A stretch of 64,000 bases of DNA from Octopus vulgaris (GCA_951406725.2 OX597836.1:34534001-34598000); one strand, 5' to 3'; positions 11,748 through 26,534 are shown, numbered from the stretch's first letter. Numbers and translations are program-made. The notes: generated by a model not told the origin, from the letters alone.

Positions 11748-11821
11748 GTTCTTTCATGCGAATACCATCAGTGAGTATTCTAATTCTCAAAAAAACACTG
11801 AAGCATATATATATATATATA

Positions 11822-12085
11822 TCACCTTGATCACGTTGACCGACCAGTCCGTCAGGCGTCCATTTGACATCGCTGGTCACAGCACGCTACCCACTCCTCT
11901 CTGGATCGCGCCTTTCTCATCAACGTGATCCCAATCGTCCTCCTGAAATCGTAACTCCACCGTCGTAGAGGTCATCCGGGTGGTCTTTTCCGCTCACGCG
12001 GGTACCACTCGACAACTGCGTGCGTCCACCGATCATCGGTGAGCCGGGCGACGTGTCCAGCCCATCTATACTTGCTGCGTATATA
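11822..12085 (-). pseudogene. RTE-clade LINE 3' end
   Basis: Minus strand translates to SKYRWAGHVARLTDDRWTHAVVEWYPRERKRPPG*PLRRW..., the typical RTE ORF C-terminus. Confidence 0.85.
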
Positions 12086-12425
12086 AGGGTAAGGGGGTAA
12101 AGACCCCCTTCGGTCATGAATGACCATGGGATTGCACCTAGAAAGTTACCCTCCTAGACACAAGTCCGGGCAAGGTTGTTTATGGAAGACCAGCAGTCGC
12201 CCATGCATACCAGCCTCCCCTCTCCACGCCACCAGTGTTATCCAAGGGAAAGAGAAAGGTCGATACAGCTTGGCACCAGTGACGTCGCAACTCATTTCTA
12301 CAGCTGAGTGAACTGGAGCAACGTGAAATAAAGTGCCTTGCTCAAGAACACAACACGCAGCCCGGTCCGGGATTCGAGCTCACAACTTCACGATCGTAAG
12401 CTCGACGCTCTAACCACTGAGCCAT
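12086..12425 (-). mobile_element. SINE family D copy
   Basis: Reverse complement of 8267-8600, with a tail of (TTACCC)-like repeats. Confidence 0.85.
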
Positions 12426-12454
12426 ATACGCACAGGTATATGTGTATATATATG

Positions 12455-12548
<94 letters not shown>

Positions 12549-12828
12549 AAGTGTACAGTATTATATATTCATCACGGTTGATCTAGGAGTGCGACGGAGT
12601 GTCATGTAACAATCCGATTATATAACCCTACGCTCTTCAGAGTTAGCCGATATGGAATGAAGTATGGCGATGTGGTTTTGCGCAATAAGCACTCACAACA
12701 CCCGCTCTGGGAATCGAAACCACGATCCTACGACCGCAAGTCCGCTGCCCTAACCACTGGGCCATTGCGCCCCACACACACGCACAGACACACACATATA
12801 CATATATGAGTGTGTGTTTGAGTATGAC

Positions 12829-12859
<31 letters not shown>

Positions 12860-12875
12860 ATATATTTATATATAT

Positions 12876-12930
<55 letters not shown>

Positions 12931-13197
12931 TGGTGCCCCAGCATGGCCGCGGCCTTCGGGCTAAAACATTTTTAAGGATTTATATATATATATATTTACG
13001 CAATTGCACACCCACGCACGCATAATGAAATTTCGGTTGACACTGGGTCTATTGTATAGAAACGTTTGAAAGAACATGATGGATCTTACCACCCGCCACG
13101 ACCATCCACCCTAACCACCAACGCCTTCCTTCGCAGACAGCAGACATAGAAACACCATCAACATCATCTGCTCCAGCCACTTCCACTCTCACCCACC

Positions 13198-13346
13198 TCT
13201 TCTTCTTCTTCTTCTTCTTCTTCTTCTTCTTCTTCTTCTTCTTCTTCTTCTTCTTCTTCTTCTTCTTCTTCTTCTTCTTCTTCTTCTTCTTCTTCTTCTT
13301 CTTCTTCTTCTTCTTCTTCTTCTTCTTCTTCTTCTTCTTCTTCTTC
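13198..13346. repeat. Pure (TTC)n tract
   Basis: Direct inspection. Confidence 0.97.
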
Positions 13347-13458
13347 CACCACATAATTCCATATATTTATTTATTTACTTGTTTACTTTTCACTTCCCGC
13401 AGGTGTATGAACACACGAAGCATAATAAATATAAACACGCGAAGAAAATTTAAACACT

Positions 13459-13520
<62 letters not shown>

Positions 13521-14418
13521 TAATAATAATAATGATAATAATAATAATGATAATAATAATAATAATAATAATAAGAAGAAGAAGAAGAAGAAGAAATAAT
13601 GATGATGATGGTGATAAAAAGAAAGACAAAAGTTCTTAGTGTTTAAATATATATAGGGAGATATAGATACAAATACATGCATATATATGCATACATACAC
13701 ATGCACACACACCCACGCACGCACACACATGTATATATATATATATACATATATATATACATTCATATATACATACACATAAGATATGTATATACATATA
13801 TGTATATATATATATATATACATAAATATATGTATATATGTATATGCATAAATATATATACATATGCACACATATATATACATATATATGCATATATGCT
13901 TGTGTGTGTGTGCATACATAAAGAAGTGGGTAAAGTATGCACCTTTCTTTCCAGAACAATGAAAGAAAGCAAAAAGCAAGGAGGAAAATATCCCTGAATG
14001 TAGATTTCGAAAAGAGATTTCGTTCTTTTATTTCATATTCGTTTTTGTGATAGCCGCCATTTTTGAACGTTACAACAAGTAACACTGTGTTTACGTCACA
14101 AGCGGGAACGTAGGGGAAAACCCCACCACCGAAATCAGCCAGAGATAAGAACAAAACGACAGCTGTCCTGCATACACCAACACTTTATCTGAATGCCACG
14201 AATGCCTACAACAACCACTACCATAAGCAAAGCTGTAACAAACAGGACACCCACAACCGCGACAAGAAATATTTAAATGATGCTATCAGCAATATTTTGG
14301 GTATGCTGCAACTCAAAGAAACCCTTCCGCCGAGGCCGTACACCATTTTTCTTTTGTGTGTGGGGCGAGCGTTCATTCCACTTCATAATTTCAATATTTG
14401 TGGGTGTTTTGGGGTTTG

Positions 14419-14466
<48 letters not shown>

Positions 14467-14506
14467 AATGTGTATATATATATATATATGTATATATATA
14501 TGTATG

Positions 14507-14539
<33 letters not shown>

Positions 14540-14564
14540 ATATATGTATGTATGTATATATATG

Positions 14565-14680
<116 letters not shown>

Positions 14681-15058
14681 ACGCTTCTTTTTTCTTTGCG
14701 TGAGGTACAGAAAAGCTGTTTTCTATAAAAATATTTTTTACCGTTATATGACAAAAAAATATTTTATACATAAGCGCGTGGGCAAAAACACACGCATAAG
14801 ATGAACACAGCTGGGACGCTGGCTATTACGTCGTCATGCTTCAAATATTGACACAAAAGGCGCACCTCATTCAGAGATCAACGAAATAAGCAGTGTACAG
14901 AATTAGAAAAGTATTCCGGAATAGGGAAGAGCAAATCAAACGGTGTAAGACCAGTATATATATGTATGTATCGGTTGTCAAGCGATATGGGGGGGGGGCA
15001 AGCACAGACACATATACATATATACATACATACATACATATATATATATATATGTATA

Positions 15059-15095
<37 letters not shown>

Positions 15096-15137
15096 CAATA
15101 ATAATTCTCTAAAAGAGATATAGACAGTAACTGCTCG

Positions 15138-15397
15138 ATAACATAAGGGACTAAAGCCATCTGAATATGGCTAGGGACAGGGAAGGGTGGTGGGGGTGTT
15201 ACTGTTGCATTTAGCCCCAGGCGAACATCGACGTCACCAGAAAGGCCCGACACCGTCACGGTGTCAGGTTAAGGACACCGTGACGGTGTCGGGCCTTTCT
15301 GGTGACGTCGATGTTCGCCTGGGGCTAAATGCAACAGTAACACCCCCACCACCCTGCCCTGTCCCTAGCCATATTCAGATGGCTTTAGTCCCTTATG

Positions 15398-15401
<4 letters not shown>
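15138..15401. repeat. Near-perfect palindrome, 128-bp arms, 8-nt spacer
   Basis: Arms 15138-15265 and 15274-15401 differ at one position that I can see. Confidence 0.95.
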
Positions 15402-15437
<36 letters not shown>

Positions 15438-15471
15438 TTGTGTGTGTATGTATGTATGTATGTATTACATA

Positions 15472-15531
15472 CACCAAAGCCTTGCGAGTGGATTTGGTAG
15501 ACGGAAACTGAAAGAAACCCGTCGTATGTAG

Positions 15532-15569
<38 letters not shown>

Positions 15570-15780
15570 GTACGTGTGTCTGTTTGTCCCTCCATCATCG
15601 CTTGGCAACAGATGCTTGTGTGTTTACGTCCCCGTAACTTAGCAGTTCGCCAAAAGAGACCGATAGAATAAGTACTAGGCTTACAATGAATAAGTCCTGG
15701 GGTCGATTTGCTCGACTAAAGACGGCGCTCTAGCATGGCCACAGTCAAATGACTGAAACATGTAAAAGAGTAAAAGAGTA
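15472..15780 (+). mobile_element. SINE family A, 5'-truncated
   Basis: gagtggatttggtagacggaaactgaaagaa...gtcaaatgactgaaac...aaaagagta. Confidence 0.85.
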
Positions 15781-15799
15781 TATGCATATATATATATAT

Positions 15800-17765
15800 A
15801 TATATACACACACATACATAATACATACATACACCCATACACATACACACACACATACTTACATACTCCTATAGGCACATACAGACACACAAACATACAC
15901 ACATACACACTCACGCATACATACACACACATACTTACACATACACTCGCCTGCACGCACGCGCACACACATGCATGACACAACACATGCATGACACACA
16001 CACCAACACACTCACACTCACTTACACACACACCAACATATACGCGCACACGCACACATACACGCACGCACACACCTACACTCCCACACACATACATACG
16101 CACCTACATACACACACACGCGCATACACACGCAAACACACGCATACATACATATATTACATACGTACACACACACTTACATGCACTCATACCCTCACCC
16201 ATACATACACACATACATACACACACACAAACATACACACACACACACACACCCATACATACATACACACATACACCTATACACACACGCCTACACACCT
16301 ACATACACACACATGCATACACACACACATGTACGCACATACACACACATATACGCACATACATATATACTCACACACATGCACACACACACACACATAC
16401 ATACGCACATGCATGCATGCATGCACACGCGCACACCTACACGCATGTACGCATACATGCATACACACACACACGCACGTACACATACATACTTACACAC
16501 ACACATACATACATACACATGCACACTTCCACACATACACACACACATATATACATACATACACCCATACACATACATACATCCTATACACACAGACATA
16601 CACACTCACACATACATACACACACACACTTACTCACACACTCGCATGCACGCGCACACACATGCACATACACACACTTCCACACATACACACATACATA
16701 CATACACACTCACACACATACACACACACATACACACGGACATACATCTATACACACACATATACACACACATACTTACATACATTCAATCGGACACACT
16801 GACACCCAGACATACACACAGACACACTCACACATCCACACACACACATACTTACGCACACACTCGCAGGCGCGCGCACATACATGCATGTGCGCGTTCG
16901 CGCACGCATACACGCATGCATGCACCACGCCCGTGGGTTCCGACTAGATCTCTTGTTCGTATCTGGGGCCAGCGTGTTTCTTGGGTTTCTCTTACGACCG
17001 TCACCGCGGGAGCACTTTTCCATCTTTCCCTCAGTTGCAGTTTGTTTCCTTGCATGCTTATATATACACACACATATAATACCCCCACCTTTTGTACACA
17101 CACACACACACATACATACACTCACTCCCACGCACTCACACACACACATTTGCATATATATATACAATACACTTACACACACTTCAAATTTACTTGCCAT
17201 ACATACAACTACGCACACTGGACACACACACACTACAACTCAACACACACACGGCACGTACATACGCCCCCACACATTCCCTCCTTCCTCCGTTTACCAC
17301 TGGCCACTGACCTGGCGACTGCTATGTCGACTACCTTTCGCCCTACGTACACACACTTACACACAGACGCACGCACTAACATATACATATTTTTTTATCT
17401 CGCCTCACACACACATACACACACGCACACGTACACACTCACACATACACATTATTCTTCCCATTCATCGAGTTGTTACCAACCTTCCTTTTTCCGCTCT
17501 TCTGTCTTTAAAAACCAGCCCCTGTTGTCCAAAACTTCCGGCCTTTCAGCATGTTTACTTCGTAAAAACCAGTCCCTTTTTTCCCCTCCGTTCGCCCACC
17601 TCGGGATCTTTCTTTCTCTTATGTTTCCGACGAAGAGCTCCGCTCGAAACGTCATACCCTCCTTCTTCCCTTTTTCCGGAGCGCCTAATAATAATACTTT
17701 AATTGTTCCACCTCCTTGTGTTGTTGTTTTTTCTGTTTTCCCGTTTGGATTAACCTTATACATAT
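15800..17765 (+). mobile_element. Probable PLE-derived element: degenerate CA-rich body + hammerhead-like terminal repeat
   Basis: ~1.6 kb of imperfect CA-rich sequence followed by a unique ~300-bp segment with CCGACGA-agagctccgctc-GAAA-cGTC (17627-17653). The same arrangement appears inverted at 46410-47350. Confidence 0.55.
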
Positions 17766-17772
17766 ATATATA

Positions 17773-17985
17773 TAAGGATTGGTGCATAAATATTGCGGTT
17801 TTTTTACAATAAATTTTTACAATAAATTTCATTCAACAAAGACAATCACAACATTTAACAAAAACATCATTAAATGTTTATTCCGGAGCATATTCACCAT
17901 CTACTTCAATTACTTCTTTGCGTTTTGCTTAAATCTTTTGTCGAATAAAATTTATTGAAAAAAAAGCCGCAATAATTATGCACAT
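17773..17985. mobile_element. Mariner MITE (MADE1/Hsmar1-like TIRs)
   Basis: ggattggtgcataaatattgcggttttt ... aaaagccgcaataattatgcac. Confidence 0.75.
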
Positions 17986-18539
17986 ATATGTGTATGTGTG
18001 TGTGTATTTCGTTTTTGGATTTGGTTTGCAAGATTCTCTATATTAGTTCGTGTGTTGAAGCATATTCTGTTGTGTCTGGGGAGAGTCATTTTCTTTTTGT
18101 GCCTTATTATTTAACACACTCACCGGTAAAATTTCCACTTTTTTTCTTATTTTTATTGTCCTAAAATTTTCGTTGCGTCTTGCAACCTTTTAAATAGTCA
18201 AAACTCTCCCAAGACACAACAGTATATATATATATATGATTGCGATATAAGGATATAAGGAACGAAAGAGCCGGGAATACATTGGGGATGTGAGAGGAAG
18301 GATTTTCGCGAACCGAAAGTTGAAAGCAATATAGGCCTTAGCTCTACCCGCCATGTGTGTAGTACTGTTGATAAGACAAGTCTTTATGGACACATTAATT
18401 CTACATTATCAAGATCGCCGACCAAAATCTAGACAAGCTGCTAAATATTAGCACTGTTTTATGGAGTTTTGTAGCATAAATCAAACTGGGTCGGCGACGG
18501 TGCAGGACGTACGGCGATGGAGGGGGGGAGGAGAAGTGA

Positions 18540-18813
18540 GTAGTAGTAGTAGTAGTAGTAGAGGTGACGGTGGTGGTGGTGGTTGTAGTGTTGGTCACCG
18601 TTGTTGTGGGAGTTGCCGAAGGTGGTGATAACAGTGGTGGTGATAATAGTGGTAGTGGCTGTGATGGTGATAGTTGTGGTTGTGGTGGTGGTTGTAGTGG
18701 TTGTGGTGGTGATGGTAGTGGTAATGGCGTTATCAGTGGTAGTGATAGTGGTGACGGCAATTTTTGATGAAGGTGACCGTCATAGAGGGGGTTAGTGAAG
18801 GTGGTAGTAGTGA

Positions 18814-18849
<36 letters not shown>

Positions 18850-19400
18850 CAGCAGCATCAGTAGCAATTGTTGTTCGTGGTGTTGTTGTTATTGTCGTTC
18901 TTGTTCATTTTAGTCGGTGCTGGTGGTTGCAGTGATGGATCTTTTGGTTCTTTTGGTGGTATTGGTGAGGATATTGTTGTTGTTGTTGTTGTTGATGGTG
19001 GTAGTGGTAGTGGTGGTGGTGGTGGTGTTGGTCGTAGTGGTGGTGGTGGTGGTGGTGGTGGTAACGTTGGTGATGGTGGTATTGATGATCGTGATGGTGT
19101 TGATGCTGGTAGTGAATGCGATGGTAGCGGCGGCGGCGGCGGCGGTGGCGGAGGCGGTGGCAGTGGCAGTGGCGACGGCGGTGGTGGCGGCGGCGGCGGT
19201 GGTGGTGACGGCGGCGGCGGCGGTGGTGGCGACGGCGGCGGCAGTAGTGGTGGTGGTAGTTGTGGTGGTCGTGGTCGTGGTGGATGGTAGTGATGGTGGC
19301 GGCAGTAGTTGTGGTGGTCGTCGTGGTGGTGGTCGTCGTGGTGGTGATGGTGGTCGTGGTCGTGGTGGATGGTAGTGATGGTGGCGGCAGTAATGGTGGT
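18540..19400. repeat. Compound GGT/GTA/GGC triplet repeat region
   Basis: Direct inspection. Confidence 0.9.
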
Positions 19401-19648
19401 CATTCAATTGCTGCTACTGTTGTTGTTATTACTGGTGTTGCTGTTATTACTTAATCGCAAGACAACCTATAATCAAATACGTTGCAACCATGACTGTCCC
19501 CTACTTCTACAGCCATGTAGCCAGTGACGGTCGTTAGAATGAGCGCTGCCCGGGGTTGCCATTCAGTTTGCAGTCAATTCGTACATCCACTCCCTTTTCG
19601 ATCGTTGAAGAATATGACTTTCCTGCCAACTCCTGGCGAATTCATTAC

Positions 19649-19687
<39 letters not shown>

Positions 19688-20420
19688 TTAAGTGTCAGCT
19701 ATAAAAAAGTACCCTAAGAGAAGAAACACTGAACATTTATGCTTCATCTTAAAGTTTTGTAATATGCGATTGGTGAGTCTTTTGAGACATATGTAGTACG
19801 CAACTACCCATTCCATTCCCTTCACTTATATATGTCACACACACAAACATATATATGTATAAGTATGTATGTATATGTAAATGGAGATGTACTCGCATAG
19901 CAAGTAATTTGATCTGAGATCGTGTGCTGAAACGAAAACAATTGCAGCGTGGAAGGTGTTTATAAGCCATTTAAGAAACACACAAAAGCCGTTCGATTCA
20001 CTTCAACATTTAAGTTTAATTTGTCAAAATATTTTCGTCGCTAAAATCCGCGACCTGTTCACTGACAAAAATCCGTGCTGCATGTATGTATATGTTTGTG
20101 CGTCTATGTTTGTCACCCGCGTCAGTCGAACAAATTGACCTTTGTACTTATTCTTTGGGCAAATGTCTTCTACTATAGCCTTGGGCAAATGTCTTCTACT
20201 ATAGCCTCGGGCCGACCAAAGACTTGTGAGTAGATTTGGTAGACGGACTTTGAAAGAAGCCCGTCGTATATATATATATGTGTGTGTGTGTCTGTGTGTG
20301 ATTGTGTGTCTGTGTTTGTCCCCCACAATCGCATGACAACCGATGCTGGCGTCAATGCGAAACCAAGTGGTTGCAATCCAAGCTCCAGCAACGCAACAAC
20401 TGACGTACGTGTGTGTGTGT

Positions 20421-20466
<46 letters not shown>

Positions 20467-20521
20467 GTGTGCACGCGTAAATATGTGTGTATATTGTGTG
20501 GTTAATTCTTAATATATGTAT

Positions 20522-20934
20522 CTCTTTACTCTTTACTCTTTACTCTTTTACTTGTTTCAGTCATTTGACTGCGGCCATGCTGGAGCACCGCCTTTAGTCG
20601 AGCAAATCGACTACGGGACTTATTCTTTGTAAGCCCAGTACTTATTCTATCGGTCTCTTTTTGCCGAACCACTATGTAACGGGGACGTAAACACACCAGC
20701 GTCGGTTGTCAAGCAATGCTAGGGGGACAAGCACAGACACACAAACATATACACACACATACACATATATATATATACATATATACGACGGGCTTCTTTC
20801 AGTTTCCGTCTACCAAATCCACTCACAAGGCATTGGTCGGCCCGAGGCTATAGTAGAAGACACTTGCCCAAGGTGCCACGCAGTGGGACTGAACCCGGAA
20901 CCATGTGGTTGGTAAGCAAGCTACTTACCACACT
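20522..20934 (-). mobile_element. SINE family A copy
   Basis: Near-full reverse complement of the family A consensus seen elsewhere in the window. Confidence 0.9.
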
Positions 20935-20998
20935 GTATATTTTGTGTGAGCGATTGTGCGCAGATATGTGTGAACATGATTGTGTATATGCACGTGTG

Positions 20999-21037
<39 letters not shown>

Positions 21038-21483
21038 TGTGTGCGTGTGTGTAGGTGTATTTGTACATAAATGTGGGTATGTGAGCACGTAACTACTTTA
21101 TTCTTGAAGTTGTGTGTTTATTTGATTGTGCATGTGTATGTGTGTGTATGTGTATGTGTGTGCTTTCAGCGAGTCAACCGCCTGTTGGGCGTAGCTACAC
21201 CAATGCCCGCCTACTTGTCACTCAAAATGATGGTTTGACAACTTAGTCCGGTGTGGGCGGAGTTAATTTCTTACTTTAGTAATTTGCATAAACCTGCAAA
21301 TATTGAATCAGTCTTTCTCTCTCCTTCTCTCTCTCTGCTCTCATCTTCCCTTATAACTCTTAATTTACATCCCCCTTCCTCCTCCATTTGTCTTAGTCTC
21401 AGTCTATCTTTCTGTCTTTTAATCCTTCCGTTTCTAATATCTGTAAGTGCGTGTGTGTATGTGTGTGTGTGTATGTGTATATA

Positions 21484-21736
21484 TATATTATATTAAATTA
21501 GAGACAAAACCACTATTATGCAAATCAAACAAAGAAAGAGTTAAACCAATACATAAAATAATTTATATAAATTAAATATAATTAAAATAACCACTATTTT
21601 AATTATATTTAATTATATTTAATTATTGGTTATTTTAATTATATTTAATTTATATAAATTATTTTATGTATTGGTTTAAGTCTTTCATTGTTTGATTTGC
21701 ATAATAGTGGTTTTGTCTCTAATTTAATATAATATA
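21484..21736. repeat. AT-rich inverted repeat, 110-bp arms
   Basis: Arms 21484-21593 and 21627-21736. Confidence 0.9.
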
Positions 21737-21849
21737 ATATTTTACTATAAAATTGGATTCAATCATAAATCTGATTTTTCCCTGTAAATTTGGATTTATT
21801 CCCTAATATTTATTATTATTTATATATATATATATAAATATATATATAA

Positions 21850-21920
<71 letters not shown>

Positions 21921-21941
21921 TTTATTCCCTAATATTTATCA

Positions 21942-21977
<36 letters not shown>

Positions 21978-21979
<2 letters not shown>

Positions 21980-22598
21980 TTTAAAGGACTGACCACCACT
22001 AAAAGTGGACAGTCAATATACTAGATATAGACGTCAAAATCGCTATTTTCCACGAAGAACGTGTTCTCAAGAAAAAAACTCAGCACAAAACCAAAGTGTA
22101 AAAAATAAGCAAGACAAATGAAAATATACGAAATAAAAAACGATTACCTATGTACTAATCGGTTCCACTTGTTAATATTCATGTATATACATACATGAGA
22201 ATCTGCAAGATCATCAGCATAGTCTGTCGTTAACAAACATAATTTCCAGAACTAGATACATAACGCTTGACCGGAGTCCCGCATGCATAGAGTTCAACAA
22301 ATTATATTTATGTCTATCTTTCAAATGCCTTCACTTTGGCGCGCTGAGATCGGAAATCTACCCTGCAGTTAATAAATTACAGCAGTCAATTCACCGGTTA
22401 GAGAACATTTTTTTATTATTTAAAATTGAATAAGGGTAGAAATTGATATTAATCAAATAAAACCAGTGGCCTAGCATATTAAAAAAAAAAATCCGAAGAT
22501 TAAAATATTTTTTACATACAAAATTTAAAGGACTGACCACTAAAAGATGGTCAATATGCTAGATATAGACGTCAAAATCGCTATTTTCCACGAAGAAT
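21978..22598 (-). mobile_element. PLE-like pseudo-LTR relic with ~80-bp terminal direct repeats, inserted in (TA)n
   Basis: tttaaaggactgacca...tagacgtcaaaatcgctattttccacgaagaa at both ends; internal hammerhead motif. Confidence 0.7.
22148..22222 (-). ncRNA. Type I hammerhead ribozyme motif (one core substitution)
   Basis: Minus strand: ctatg-CTGATGA-t-cttg...caag-t-GGAA-c-cgatta-GTA-catag. Helix I is ctatg/catag, helix II is cttg/caag. Confidence 0.65.
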
Positions 22599-22625
22599 TT
22601 TATATATACATATATATATATATAT

Positions 22626-23030
22626 TCTCTTTTACTCCTTTACTTGTTTCAGTCATTTGACTGTGGCCATGCTGGAGCACCGCCTTTAGTCGAGCAAATC
22701 GACCCCATGACTTATTCTTTGTAATCCTAGTACGTATTCTATCGGTCTCTTTTACCGAACCACTAAGTTACGGAGTTACGGGGACATAAGCACACCAGAT
22801 TCTGTTGTCAAGCGATGTTGGGAGGACAAACACACACACACAAGCATATACACACACACATGCATATATACACAAATCCGACGGGCTTCTTTCAGTTTCC
22901 GTCTACCAAATCCACTCACAAGGCTTTGTTCGACCCTAGGCTTTTGTAGAAGACATTTGCGCAGTGGAACTGAACCCAGAACCATGTGGTTCGTAAGCAA
23001 GCTACTTACCACAGAGCCACTCCCACGCCT
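22626..23030 (-). mobile_element. SINE family A copy
   Basis: Reverse complement of family A with a small internal deletion. Confidence 0.85.
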
Positions 23031-23031
23031 A

Positions 23032-23096
<65 letters not shown>

Positions 23097-23412
23097 GTGT
23101 GGAGGCGCAATGGCCCAGTAGTTAGGGCAGCGGACTCGCGGTCGTAGGATCTCGGTTTCGATTCCCAGACCGGGTGTTGTGTGAATTTATTGAGCGAAAA
23201 CACCTAAAGTTCCATTATTGTATTGGATATATACATAATGGGTTTCCGTCTGCCAAAGCCACTGACAAAAGATTTGATGAGCCCGAGGTTACAGTAGAAG
23301 ACAGTTACCCCAAGGTTCCACGCAGTGGGACAGAACCTGGAACCATGTGGTTGGAAACCAAGCTTCTTACAACGCAGCCACGCATATTTATTTGTACACT
23401 AATGTATTTATA

Positions 23413-23795
23413 GTGGAGGCGCAATGGCCCAGTGGTTAGGGCAGCGGACTCGCGGTCATAGGATCGCGGTTTCGATTCCCAGACTGGGCGTTGTGAGTGT
23501 TTATTGAGCGAAAACACCTAAAGCTCCACGAGGCTCCGGCAGGGGATGGTGGTAATCCCTGCTGTACTCTTTCACCACAACTTTCTCTCACTCTTACTTC
23601 CTGTTTCTGTCGTACCTGTATTTCAAAGGGCCGGCCTTGTCACTCGCTGTGTCACGCTGAATATCCCCCGAGAACTACGTTAAGGGTGCACGTGTCTGTG
23701 GAGTGCTCAGCCACTTACACGTTAATTTCACGAGCAGGCTGTTCCGTTGATTCGGATCAACTGGAACCCTCATCGTCGTAACCGACGGAGTGCTT
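23413..23795 (+). mobile_element. SINE family C, tail type 2
   Basis: Same head and centre as 6333-6713 but a different 3' half ending ccctcatcgtcgtaaccgacggagtgc; related copies at 36153-36530 and 36790-36930. Confidence 0.85.
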
Positions 23796-24264
23796 CCTAA
23801 ATGTATTTATTCATCCTCGTCTGTCTATACTCTCCCCTTTGCTTCTATCGCTTTCTATATCTCTTTTTCTCTCAGATTTTCCCGCTACTTTTTGTACATA
23901 AACTGTCTGTCTGTTATCCTTGTTCCCCTCTCTTTCATTCTATTTTGCACTCTCTTTCTCTCTTTCTTTCCTTCGTTTTCTTTCATTTTTTCTTTCTGCC
24001 TCTCTTTTTTCTTTCTTTCTTTCAAAAAATCTCGTTCTATTACTCAAACTGTTTTTCTTTTCCTATCTGCTCTACCCATCTTACACTCTCTCTAGTTTAC
24101 CGCCTAGCATAGCCATTTTTTTCACTATTTCTACCGCTCTCTCTCTCTCTCTCTCTCTTTGTCTATTTCTTTCTCTCTCTTCTTCACTCTAAGACTCTCT
24201 CCTTGTATCAAACCATTCTTATTTGTCTTGCTTGACTACCCCTCCCTCTTACTCTCTACCTATG

Positions 24265-24802
<538 letters not shown>

Positions 24803-25061
24803 GCGCTAGTGATAACGGTGCCAAACAACGTTATGAATTTCTCACATGCCAAAATCAGTTCTAAGATAAAACCCAAGAGGACGAAGCCTTTAAACCCAAA
24901 ATCAAGGTCAAAGACTTTTAATTCCCAAACGAACTTCAACTTTTTCACGTCAAATTTATGATTGCCACGTTGGGGGAGTTGAAATTTAATTCAAAACATT
25001 TCAACTAGCATTATAATTGAATTTAACATCATGGGGCGACGCTGTAATAGAATTTCTTCGC

Positions 25062-25440
<379 letters not shown>

Positions 25441-25953
25441 GTGTTTCAAATTTTGGCACAACGCCAGCTGTCTTGAGGAAGGTTGTAAGTTGAATACTTC
25501 GACCCCAGTGCTCGACTGGTAGCTATTTAATCGATACCGAAAGGATAAAAGGCAAAACTGACAGGGACGGAATTTGAGCTGAGAGCGTAAAGGCGAAATG
25601 CCGCATGCATTTTTCTGTCCGATGTGCTAACGATTCTGTCAGCTCACCGCCATTTTTTATTTTTTCCTTAAAGGAGAAAATACGAAGTCCGCCTTGGCTG
25701 AATTTGAATTCATAATAAGGCAGAAGAAGTGCCGCTGATCATTTCCTCCTGCGCGATAAAGATTCTGTCAGCTCAGTGTTATAATAATATCAATAATAAT
25801 AATGCTTTCTTTTTTACAGGAACACGGGCCGCAATTTTGGGAGATGGGGTTAGTTCGATTACATCAATACCAGTGCTCAACTAGTACCTATTTTGTAGTG
25901 AACAGCTGACACTGCAGTACATCTCCAGCGTTAGAAGCTGTGCAAAGGCAATG

Positions 25954-26045
<92 letters not shown>

Positions 26046-26076
26046 CACAATAACAATTATAATGATGATGATGATG

Positions 26077-26158
<82 letters not shown>

Positions 26159-26466
26159 TAATAATAACAGCAAAAATAATAATAATAATGGTTTAAAATT
26201 TTAGCATAAGGTCAGCAATTTTGGGATGGAGGCTAACTTAACTACATCGACCCCAGTGCGTAACTGGTGCTTATTTTATCGACCCCGAAAGATGAAAGGC
26301 AAAGTCGATCTCGTAAGAATTTGGACTCAGAGCACGAAGACAGATAAAATGCCGCTAAGCAGTTTGCCCGGCGTACTAGCGTTTGTACCAGCGCACTGCC
26401 TTCCATCAACTCATAACTCCGAAGCAATCTTCTAAATAACTTACCTGCCACTGCATCAAACCGATG

Positions 26467-26534
<68 letters not shown>

